From Minisyncoccota bacterium (GTDB lineage Bacteria > Patescibacteriota > Minisyncoccia > Phycocordibacterales > JAQTLZ01), in contig JAQTTF010000001.1 of assembly GCA_028710915.1 (NCBI GenBank), positions 1 through 51,631 of the forward strand: a stretch of DNA of 51,631 bases, written 5' to 3'. Made by a program: the position numbers and the translations under genes. Shown here in pieces: positions 43,779 to 51,631 of this stretch. How positions within the stretch are numbered: the first letter of the stretch is position 1; each line of letters begins with the position of its first letter. The notes under the pieces were generated by a model, which saw nothing but the letters and a program-made list of their open reading frames with translations, searched no databases and was not told where the DNA came from.

Positions 43779-44804
43779 ATGCCTGACAATCCACAGGTTC
43801 CGGCGTCGGGACCAGCGATAGGACCAGAATTAGTACAGGAGCTAAAACCAGTAGTAGACTGGCATGGGCTTCTCACAAAGTGTCCGGACCCGCAAATGCA
43901 GAAGATTGCGTCTCGGGTGAAAAAGGCAGCGAACATTGCTTCCGTGATTCTTCACGGTCCAACTGGCGCTGGCAAAGAGGTGGTCGCAAGAGCACTACAA
44001 CAGTGCGGAGATCGTTCCGGTGAGGCACTCGTTATCGTCAACTGTGCAGCAATTCCTCACGGTTTGTTCGAAAGCGAACTCTTCGGCCACAAGAAAGGCT
44101 CCTTTACCGGCGCTGAGCGAGACCGGAAAGGTGCATTTTTGCTGGCAGACAAGGGAACATTGTTTCTCGACGAAATCGGGGAGCTCCACCTTGAACTTCA
44201 AGCCAAGCTCCTGCGAGCTATCGACGGGGGCATCATCAGAGCAGTTGGTAGCGACAGGGACATCGAGACGAATGTGCGACTCATTGTCGCCAGCAACCGG
44301 AACCTTCAGAAGATGGTCGAGAAGAATTGGTTTCGTGCAGATCTCTATTATCGGCTAAATCTGTTTCCGATCACGATTCCGCCGCTTCGCGAACGGGCTC
44401 AAGATATCCCACACCTCGCAAAGTTCTTTCTCGAACAGTACTCGAACGGAACAGGAACCTTTTCGTCAGACGGAATGGCGAAGATCTGTGCATATTCCTG
44501 GCCCGGTAACGTCCGTGAACTCAGCAACACGCTCCGGACGGTTTGGACAACTCTCGAAGAAGGCCAGACGGAGATTCGGGCAGAAGATTTGTCCGACCTT
44601 CAAGAGCCGAAGGAGGATGCCGCGGCTAAACTCGCCAAGGCACTCAAGAAGTTCTGCAGAAGGACAAAAGACCTGACACTTGATCAAAGAGTCAACCTCA
44701 TCATTCGCAGAGTTCTTGAAGAAGAGGAGGGCAACGTCGCACAAGTTGCGCATCGACTCGATATCGGCAAGGCAACGGTACGTTCCAAAATGAAGAAAGA
44801 ATAA
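43779..44804 (+). CDS. Sigma-54-interacting AAA+ transcriptional activator (PspF-like: no sensor/receiver domain)
   Basis: Walker A is [11 protein letters not shown]. The GAFTGA loop reads as GSFTGA. Walker B is LFLDEIGEL, plus [10 protein letters not shown] and [10 protein letters not shown]. The C-terminal Fis-type HTH is [23 protein letters not shown]. Confidence 0.85.
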   Translation: MPDNPQVPASGPAIGPELVQELKPVVDWHGLLTKCPDPQMQKIASRVKKAANIASVILHGPTGAGKEVVARALQQCGDRSGEALVIVNCAAIPHGLFESELFGHKKGSFTGAERDRKGAFLLADKGTLFLDEIGELHLELQAKLLRAIDGGIIRAVGSDRDIETNVRLIVASNRNLQKMVEKNWFRADLYYRLNLFPITIPPLRERAQDIPHLAKFFLEQYSNGTGTFSSDGMAKICAYSWPGNVRELSNTLRTVWTTLEEGQTEIRAEDLSDLQEPKEDAAAKLAKALKKFCRRTKDLTLDQRVNLIIRRVLEEEEGNVAQVAHRLDIGKATVRSKMKKE

Positions 44805-45091
44805 AGTTCTTCGGGGCAAGCCCCGAAAGTATCGAACTATATTACGACTTTGACTCGGACGTCGTGAATGAGATTACTCATTCGTGCGTCTCTCGCTCGC
44901 CGTAATAAAAAAATTCAAAAGTCTAGTTCTAAGGGCTCTGCGCTGAAAAGTGTCGAGCCCCTATTTTTTGTAATGATAAGTCAGCGTATACTGAATGCAA
45001 AATTTTCGATATATATTGCAAACAACTAACCCCGTTTCGGGGTTTTACACAGAGAAATGTAAAAATGATTTGGAATTGCTATACTTTTAGC

Positions 45092-45592
45092 ATGAAAATG
45101 AAATTCCGCAAGAATACCGAGGCGGCTTTGAAATTTATTGAAGATGTTTTTTCAAAGCATCATTTGGAACGGGTCTATATGGGCGGATTTGATGCAAAAA
45201 TGTATGGCGCGACTCGTCCCCTTGCCGATATTGATGTCTACGTGAGAGAAGAAAAATTGCCAATGCTTGCCGAAGAATTCAAAAAATATATTGTTTTTGG
45301 ACCGAAAAGATACAAAGATCGTAATTGGGATTTGCAAATGTTCACATTTATTTATGATGGGCAGGTCGTGGATATTTGCGGAGATGAATCTGTGAAAATT
45401 TTCGATGAACCCGACAAAAAATGGATAAAACCTCCGACTGGATTTGAAAAATATACCGAAGCAGAAATATTCGGAAGAAAGATCAAGCTCATCACCGAAC
45501 CCGACCTAATTAAATACAAAACTTTTTTGCATCGCAGAGTGGACGTGAGCGATGTGAAAGAAATGAAAGTGGTAATGACTGAAAAGGTTTAG
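45092..45592 (+). CDS. Small nucleotidyltransferase-fold protein (Lnu/ANT-like GG...DxD pattern)
   Basis: RVYMGGFDAKMYGATRPLADIDVYV. The ATG at 45092 is preferred over 45065. Confidence 0.45.
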   Translation: MKMKFRKNTEAALKFIEDVFSKHHLERVYMGGFDAKMYGATRPLADIDVYVREEKLPMLAEEFKKYIVFGPKRYKDRNWDLQMFTFIYDGQVVDICGDESVKIFDEPDKKWIKPPTGFEKYTEAEIFGRKIKLITEPDLIKYKTFLHRRVDVSDVKEMKVVMTEKV

Positions 45593-45718
45593 CGGACAAG
45601 TTTCTGTAAATTCTAAATTAAAACTTAAGCTGGGGGTTTGCAATTTGACCGAGTTACAAAATATCTGTCCCAGTAAAAACTCCTGTCACTTTTGCATAGA
45701 GGATCCGTCTATAGGGGT

Positions 45719-46288
45719 ATGAACTCCTCATTGCAAAAACACTTGAATGCTATTTTCTCCCTTGATTATATCGACGTGTGTCTTGCGGGATGCATGAATA
45801 TTTTCCTTATACTCGCAATTTTCGTCGGTAGAAACAAAATTTTTTATGGCGCTTTTCTTTCGATAGGATTAGTAGCGACTATCACTATGCTTCTCATGAT
45901 TCTCGTAGAGCGAATTGCGTCTAGCATAAGAACACGGGAAGAAAATAAGAATCTCATTATTGCCATACTTCTTGAAACATTCTTGCTATTCGGCCTTCCT
46001 CTTTTGCCGCCGACAACCAATCTATTCTTTTTAATCTTGCAGCTTCTCGCTGTCGTAGCAGTCCAATCATCTGCCACACTCTTTTTCTGGAAAGCATGCG
46101 AAAGCGAATTATCCAAAGCTTTTGTTTCCGCTACAATTGCGGGCACGGTTATTTCAGAAGATTTCCCCCAGGTACTCTCACTTGTATCATCTAAAATCAA
46201 AATACAAAGAGAGAAACTTGCTCGTCACATTTATGTCCCTTCCCCACTCCTGGTAAAGAAGATTAGAGCTCCAGACCATACAACCTGA
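45719..46288 (+). CDS. Polytopic membrane protein, unknown function
   Basis: About 5 TM helices. The ORF is open from 45692, and the first ATG is at 45719. Confidence 0.45.
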   Translation: MNSSLQKHLNAIFSLDYIDVCLAGCMNIFLILAIFVGRNKIFYGAFLSIGLVATITMLLMILVERIASSIRTREENKNLIIAILLETFLLFGLPLLPPTTNLFFLILQLLAVVAVQSSATLFFWKACESELSKAFVSATIAGTVISEDFPQVLSLVSSKIKIQREKLARHIYVPSPLLVKKIRAPDHTT

Positions 46289-46337
46289 AAGATAAAATAA
46301 AAAAACTCTCGCGCTCGCGAGAGTTTTTCATTGCCGA

Positions 46338-46535
46338 CTATTTTTTCTCTTCTTCGTCATCATTCATACTACCATCCTCAGCATCGTCATCGCCGACCGC
46401 CATAGCATTTTCAAAATACGAGAAAGCGCGATATTCCGGAGGATTTAAAGTAAATTTCTTTACTAATACTCTTTTTTCCATATCCAAGACATATTTCTGA
46501 AGCTTTAATACGGTTTTATCTGTTTGATTTAACAT
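46338..46535 (-). CDS. Small protein with an acidic tail, unknown function
   Basis: 65 aa ending in DDDAEDGSMNDDEEEKK. A palindromic terminator (CTCTCGCGCTCGCGAGAG) lies at about 46306-46323. Confidence 0.4.
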   Translation of the reverse strand: MLNQTDKTVLKLQKYVLDMEKRVLVKKFTLNPPEYRAFSYFENAMAVGDDDAEDGSMNDDEEEKK

Positions 46536-46820
46536 GTTATTTTGGATTTAAGCCAGTAAGCGAAGGGTTTTAGATCCCCAAGTATTGATTTGAACTTTCA
46601 TACGCGATTTCGAGAAGAGCTCAAGACCATACCTGGGGAACAATAGACCCTATTTGCTTGTGCCTAAGAGTGTTACAAAGTGTGTTTGTGCTCAACTCGC
46701 TAGGCTCTGCAAGGAAATACGACTATCTCCTTCCACAATAAAAGACGGCAAGTATTTTCATTTGTTACTAAAAAACGTCATCACACAATAGAAATTGAAT
46801 GACTGTCAAAAAAATAGTTT

Positions 46821-47660
46821 TCAGTTCACTAAATAGAGTTCCTGATTATATTCCCCCACTCCGAGACACTCTGCTTCGCCTTTCAAAATCTTTTCGAATG
46901 GTCGGCAAGCAAAACAGCCTTTTTCGCCTTTTGGACAGAAAAATCCTTTTTCCTCGCGCGCTTCTTTTACTTTTTTTGCTTTTTCCAGGACATCTGCAAA
47001 TGCTTTGTCTACATCCGGCAATTTCACTGCCACAGGTGCATCGTCTTTATCTAAGTACCAATAAGCCGCGCCAGAAACTTTTCTTTTCTGGAGATTTTTC
47101 AAAAGGAGCAAATAAATCGGAAGCTGAAGCGAATCTTCTTTTTCTTCATTTTTTCCAGTCTTAAAATCAAGAACTCGGATGCTGTCATCTTCAGGAATAT
47201 ATTCGATCCAATCAATTTTTCCGCATAAAATGATATTGTCTGCTTCTGAAAGATAGAAATTGGGAAGCATTTCGCGCTCCGGTAATTTTACCGTTTTATT
47301 TTTAAGCGGGCCGGGATTCGCCGCGACGCGACGGATCATCGCAAGACCGCGTTCCTTCGCCTCTTTTTCATCTGCTTCAGTCAAAAAACCACCTTTTTTA
47401 CCAGAATATTTCGCCCACGCTTTTTCAAATTCTTCTTCGAGATTTTGTGTAAATCTTTCTTCAACTTTAAAAGCACCGAGCCCTTCTACCACTTGATGCA
47501 CCGCAGATCCAAGTGAAAGCGCAGGAGAGACGATATTTATTTTCTTTCCGGTCTTCGGATTCTTGTACACATTTTTCAGATAGTAGGAACGCGGACATTT
47601 CGAAAAATCCCCAAGAGAGGAGTGGGAAACCCAGACAGCACTGTATTTGTCTTGTATCAC
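46821..47660 (-). CDS. PD-(D/E)XK nuclease (RecB/Cas4-like, Cys cluster)
   Basis: The nuclease core is GKIDWIEY...VLDFKTGK. There is an N-terminal Cys (FSKCPRSYYL) and a C-terminal CPKGEKGCFAC. Confidence 0.65.
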   Translation of the reverse strand: MIQDKYSAVWVSHSSLGDFSKCPRSYYLKNVYKNPKTGKKINIVSPALSLGSAVHQVVEGLGAFKVEERFTQNLEEEFEKAWAKYSGKKGGFLTEADEKEAKERGLAMIRRVAANPGPLKNKTVKLPEREMLPNFYLSEADNIILCGKIDWIEYIPEDDSIRVLDFKTGKNEEKEDSLQLPIYLLLLKNLQKRKVSGAAYWYLDKDDAPVAVKLPDVDKAFADVLEKAKKVKEAREEKGFFCPKGEKGCFACRPFEKILKGEAECLGVGEYNQELYLVN

Positions 47661-47700
47661 TCCTTTATTCTATCAAAATATATCGTGATAGAATATCTAT

Positions 47701-48525
47701 ATGAAAAATAAAACTATTGATGTCCTCTTCGTTGGCATTAATCTCCTCATTGTCATCCTTCTTTTTACGATTTTTGATCATATGGCTCATGGTCTCGAAG
47801 GGGCCTGGAGCGTACCGGATTATTATTTCAGAAATAAAATTCCCTTTGGTTTTCTATGGGCGATTGTAGGATATTTCTTCACTAGGAAAATCGAGAATAT
47901 TTGGCTTAAATCATTGATTCTTTCTTGTTTCGTAGGCGTAATCCTACAAACACGGTATTTTCTTGAAGGATACCCGCTTGATTTCGTCCTCATTTTCCTC
48001 GTCATCCATTCCGTGATTCTTTTTATCCTCTCTGTTATTATGTATAAAGTTTTAGGGTCGCTTTATAAAAATAACCAATCAGTTTCTATGAAAAATTTTA
48101 TTATCGTTCTTGTCGTACTCGTAATAGTCGTTGTCGGCGTATATTATCTTGTTTTTAATAACCAAGGAGGAAGTCAAAACGTATATGCTCCGACAGAAAG
48201 TGCTATGACTCAAGCAACTCCAACTGAATCTTCCGTAGCCACAGTGGCTCCGACTGGAGCTTCTGCTCCAGCAGACATGTCTGTAAGTATTTCAGGTTTT
48301 AAATTTAACCCCGCACAGCTCACGGTAAAAGCTGGAACAAAAGTAACTTGGACAAACCAAGATTCCGTTCCTCATACAGTTACCTCCGATTCTGAAAATG
48401 TTCTCAACTCCCCGCGACTTTCTCAAGGACAATCTTTTAGCTTCACCTTTACGACTCCCGGCACTTACGCTTATCACTGCGAAGTTCATCCTATGATGAG
48501 AGCGACGGTTGTAGTAACAAACTAA
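47701..48525 (+). CDS. Polytopic membrane domain fused to a C-terminal cupredoxin (plastocyanin/amicyanin-like) domain
   Basis: About 5 TM helices and an S/T/A linker. The type-1 copper ligand pattern is PHTV...YHCEVHPMM. Confidence 0.75.
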   Translation: MKNKTIDVLFVGINLLIVILLFTIFDHMAHGLEGAWSVPDYYFRNKIPFGFLWAIVGYFFTRKIENIWLKSLILSCFVGVILQTRYFLEGYPLDFVLIFLVIHSVILFILSVIMYKVLGSLYKNNQSVSMKNFIIVLVVLVIVVVGVYYLVFNNQGGSQNVYAPTESAMTQATPTESSVATVAPTGASAPADMSVSISGFKFNPAQLTVKAGTKVTWTNQDSVPHTVTSDSENVLNSPRLSQGQSFSFTFTTPGTYAYHCEVHPMMRATVVVTN

Positions 48526-48539
48526 AACTCATTTGATTC

Positions 48540-48568
48540 TTGCATTCCTTTTGTCAAAGGAATAGTAT
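48540..48568 (+). promoter_or_regulatory. Promoter with an 8-bp inverted repeat filling the spacer
   Basis: TTGCAT (48540-45), a 17-nt spacer, then TAGTAT (48563-68). ATTCCTTT-tgtc-AAAGGAAT spans 48544-48563. Confidence 0.5.
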
Positions 48569-48601
48569 GGCAGAAAATGGTTCTTCAAAGGAGGGATTCT
48601 C

Positions 48602-49111
48602 ATGCAAAGCCTGACGCTTTTACGTGTGGGTTTAGACCACGATATTCCGGTTGATTACGCACGGGATCTCAAGGACTGCCTTGGGAAAGCCCGCGTGCGG
48701 ATATCAGCTTGGAATTGCGATACCAGTCCGATAGCCGTTCGAGACAGGGAGAGAGGTCGCGCCTTGATCTCGGTCAAATACCTTCTGCCAATGGATTTTG
48801 ATCCTTTGGTGCACAATATATCCTGCGTCATTCGAGAGGCAAAAGGATATGGACAGCCGGCTACCGTGAAGGAACTCTTGGCTCTAAAAGCGAGATCCTT
48901 AACTTTGCGAGCCCTGACATCGCAAACGAACCCGCTCAGCAAACTGCCTGCGCTTGGAACTCCTCTCGAAGACGGCGACATCGTGCCAGGAATCTCGAAA
49001 ATTCCGAGAACAAAGTATTGGGGGCTCGCCCCGATACGAGCACAAGAGTGGTTGTCCTGCGCCAATCAGTTGCTCATCGCGGTAGTGTTGCAAAGAACAG
49101 AATTGGAGTAA
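48602..49111 (+). CDS. Hypothetical protein (GC-rich island)
   Basis: 169 aa. AGGAGG lies 7 nt upstream of the ATG. No motif recognised. Confidence 0.5.
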   Translation: MQSLTLLRVGLDHDIPVDYARDLKDCLGKARVRISAWNCDTSPIAVRDRERGRALISVKYLLPMDFDPLVHNISCVIREAKGYGQPATVKELLALKARSLTLRALTSQTNPLSKLPALGTPLEDGDIVPGISKIPRTKYWGLAPIRAQEWLSCANQLLIAVVLQRTELE

Positions 49112-49272
49112 CGGCTAGGTCAAGAAGATCACGCCGTTTTTTCTTTTTCATTTTAAAAATCTAACAAAAAATTCGCTTGCTTGTGAGCGCGACTTTGTCT
49201 ATTATGAAATAAGAACCTTAACTAGCCTTCAAACCCATTTGGTCGAGAAAATCGACCCAGAAAGGATTGTGC

Positions 49273-49968
49273 ATGAACGAGCTCTTCAACACTTTGCCCA
49301 CCTTCTTTGTTTTGGCTTCGGGTGGACCCGGAGAAAAAGAAGGAGGTTCGGGCCTCGAGAAACTCCAGGAGGCCATAGAAATGGGCCACCTTCGAGCAAA
49401 AATCGTCGGAATCGGCTCAAACCACGCAAATGGCGGCGTGCGAGAAAAAGCTGATCGGTTCAAGATCCCGTTCTTCCATTTGCCCAAGGCAAAGCGAAAT
49501 GCCGAAGAATACCAACGGCTTGTCAGGGAAACGAAAGCGGATTTTGTCGTCCTCTCTGGATATATCTTTCTCGTGGAAGGTCTAGAACCTGGAAGGACCG
49601 TCAACATCCACCCGGGACGGACGGACAAGTTCGGCGGCCCCGGAATGCATGGGGATCACGTCCACCAGGCAACGATGTAAGCTTTCGTGAGGGGTGAGGT
49701 CAGTGAGACAGCGGTGACGATGCATTTCGTCACCCCCGAGTACGACAAGGGACCAGTCCTTTGGGAGTTCCGAATCAAAATTCGTACCCACGACACGTGG
49801 AAAACGCTAAAGAAACGCGTCAATGGGTACGAACACAGGTTCCAAGCGATCATTACGAATCTGGTCGTGAACGGCCTGATTCGCCTGAGGGGAGACGGCA
49901 CAAACAATGATCCATGGAGCGTAATTGTTCCCAAGGGATATGAGATCCGTCAGGGCGAATACATTTAA
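49273..49968 (+). pseudogene. PurN-like formyltransferase interrupted by one in-frame TAA (49678-49680)
   Basis: ORFs 49267-49680 and 49687-49968 are in the same frame. Read through, the sequence is ...VNIHPGRTDKFGGPGMHGDHVHQATM*AFVRGEVSETAVTMHFVTPEYDKGPVL... The formyltransferase N-x-H and Asp motifs are intact. Confidence 0.6.
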
Positions 49969-50189
49969 CGAAAACGTTCAACAATCGCATCAAAAAAAAC
50001 CGCTGGAAGAGAAAACTCTTGCCAGCGGATTTTTATTTTTTATGTTCGGGATAAAAGACTTGTATAAAAAGTGGACTTCTATATGATTTATTGTGGACGT
50101 ACCTTAGCATTTAAACATTCAGCGCCTTCCTTGTGGATTGCGCATTCTTTCCTCGATGGCCGGGGACAACCCCGAAAGGAGTAACACCG

Positions 50190-51551
50190 ATGTCGAACAA
50201 GACAGGCACTACGGTCCCCGGAAACGGTGAGACTGCGACAGAAGAGAAATACGAGGTTGTTTCGGAAAACATTCGCCTCCCTCTCGCGGAGGTAAGAATG
50301 TTTGAAGGCCAGCCTCGCAAGTTTTTCGATCAGGCGGCACTTCGAGATCTCGCTGCAAGTATCAGGGCCCGCGGACAAACAACTCCAATCAGAGTCATGC
50401 GCTTAGAAAAACCGGTCGGCAAAATCAAATCCGAAGCGGTCGATGGTCAGCGAAGATACATGGCGCACGAACTTCTGAAATCGACACATCTGGTTGCCAC
50501 AATCGTAAAGGTACGAGACAAAAAGGATCAATTCATCCAGTCCTGCATCGCGAACTTCGGACAATACCCGCACACCATGCTCGAAAAGGTGCTCGCGGCC
50601 AAACGTCTGCACGAGGAGTACAAACAGAAACCGAGCGACATCGCTACGGTCTTCGTCTGTAACGTCGGCTACATTTATTCACTCTTGAAAGCTGGCGAAG
50701 CCGATATTGCGATTCTCGAGCGGCTAGATCCAAAGAGACCTGAGAACGAAAGACTCACGTTCCCAGTTCTCCTCATGCTTGCCCCTCTCCCGCGCGATAT
50801 GCAACACAAACTCGCTCCCCAAGTGGCTGGTACCATTCCGGTCTACAAAGCGCGAGACATCATCCATACTGCCACGAAAGCCGCCGGAATACAGATCGGA
50901 AGTGGCCAGAACGCAAGAACTCCCAGGTGTGACTGGAATATGGTCACCGGGTTTGTAAGACGAACGTCGGAACAAGCCGGCATTTTTGCCAAGAAACCCG
51001 ACGAATACTTCGATGCTATCTGTGCTTCTCGCACGAAAGGCGAAGTGGATCGAGTTGTGATTGAACTGGAACAGGGTATCCAGAGACTTCAAAGCCTCAA
51101 AGCGGCGTTGAAGAAACGGGCGACTGAAAACAGAACCGGAGGCAACGGTGCCACAAACAACGCTTGGCTTTTGGAACACAAAAGCGCTCCGGCGGCGGAG
51201 AGAAGAGCTCCCCCGCCCGAAACTCGAAATATCCCTCCCGTAGCCGTAATTCCTACGGAGGCGATTGAGACGAGAGTTGTACTGAAGCAACCGGAGAAGG
51301 TGCGAGCAGATGTCCAAACATCGACGGTCCAACAGTCCGCAAAGCCGGAGCGGAAGCATCTGACGCACAAGCAAAGGATGGCGATGGAGAAAAGCGGCGG
51401 ACTTTTGAAAAAACCGGCGCCGCGAGAGTTCCCTGTGCCAGTTGATGTGCCGCTCCTCCCCTTCGTCGCTGCACCGACAGCGACAGAATTACGGGACAAG
51501 AAACGTGGCTACACCGCCGGCACAAAAATTCCGACAATGCACGTGGATTAA
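50190..51551 (+). CDS. ParB N-terminal-domain (ParB/Srx fold) protein with a long basic/Pro-rich C-terminal region
   Basis: GQPRKFFDQAALRDLAASIRARGQTTPIRV ... DGQRRYMAH. AAAGGAG lies 8 nt upstream of the ATG at 50190. The ORF is open from 50133. Confidence 0.7.
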   Translation: MSNKTGTTVPGNGETATEEKYEVVSENIRLPLAEVRMFEGQPRKFFDQAALRDLAASIRARGQTTPIRVMRLEKPVGKIKSEAVDGQRRYMAHELLKSTHLVATIVKVRDKKDQFIQSCIANFGQYPHTMLEKVLAAKRLHEEYKQKPSDIATVFVCNVGYIYSLLKAGEADIAILERLDPKRPENERLTFPVLLMLAPLPRDMQHKLAPQVAGTIPVYKARDIIHTATKAAGIQIGSGQNARTPRCDWNMVTGFVRRTSEQAGIFAKKPDEYFDAICASRTKGEVDRVVIELEQGIQRLQSLKAALKKRATENRTGGNGATNNAWLLEHKSAPAAERRAPPPETRNIPPVAVIPTEAIETRVVLKQPEKVRADVQTSTVQQSAKPERKHLTHKQRMAMEKSGGLLKKPAPREFPVPVDVPLLPFVAAPTATELRDKKRGYTAGTKIPTMHVD

Positions 51552-51631
51552 ATGCTCTGGAAAGATTTTTATACTTACAAGAAGAAACAACCGCTGGAAT
51601 TGCAGCGGTTGTATTTGTTAATAATTTTTAA

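Noticed and set aside
46536-46820. 285-nt non-coding gap upstream of the 65-aa gene as a structured RNA
   Set aside because: I found only one plausible 9-bp helix with a mismatch (CCCCAGGTA/TACTTGGGG on the minus strand). There is no clear promoter or terminator and no repeat elsewhere in the window. The evidence is too weak to call a feature.
1-51631. Alternative genetic code (UGA or UAA reassignment)
   Set aside because: Well-conserved genes end at TAA (infB, rsmH, the PurC-like gene) or at TGA (15292-16116). The translations of ftsI, clpB and typA need no read-through. The single in-frame TAA in the PurN-like gene is therefore local, not a code change.

Overview
This is a 51.6-kb chromosomal window with an AT-rich background and short, tightly packed genes. 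The genetic code is standard, since TAA and TGA both act as stops. The gene content suggests a small-genome Patescibacteria/CPR-like bacterium, which is an inference. From left to right the window holds: the start of the dcw cluster on the minus strand (mraZ-rsmH-ftsL-ftsI, with ftsI running off the left edge and absent from the ORF track); alr; a bitopic Pro-rich surface protein; tRNA-Tyr; clpB; a degenerate trypsin-like protein; a cysteine desulfurase; infB-rbfA; and a cluster of four tRNAs (Cys-GCA, Leu-UAA, Lys-CUU, Leu-UAG). Next comes an 11.5-kb co-directional surface-appendage block. It carries five paralogous two-TM pilin-like genes, a solute-binding protein, a SAM methyltransferase, a type IV major pilin, four minor pilins, pilC and pilB. 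The remainder is housekeeping: an M24 peptidase, EamA, an HxGH nucleotidyltransferase, Nudix, typA, a truncated HisRS-like gene, an exonuclease, a DsbA-like gene, a UvrD-nuclease fusion, uppP, a PD-(D/E)XK nuclease and a cupredoxin fusion. Three things merit follow-up. (1) Structured non-coding elements are attached to the 3' side of tRNA genes. They comprise long hairpins that swallow the tRNA 3' end, 13-nt blocks perfectly antisense to the tRNA's own T arm, GGTC...GACC hairpins, and a four-copy core motif whose hairpin covaries. (2) At least six GC-rich coding islands sit in the AT-rich backbone. They carry an orphan PurC-like gene, a PurN-like gene broken by one in-frame TAA, a PspF-like sigma-54 activator with no visible -24/-12 promoter, a ParB-like protein and several unknowns. 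(3) A promoter-to-terminator candidate sRNA lies near 27.9 kb. I saw no CRISPR array, rRNA, transposase or integrase.
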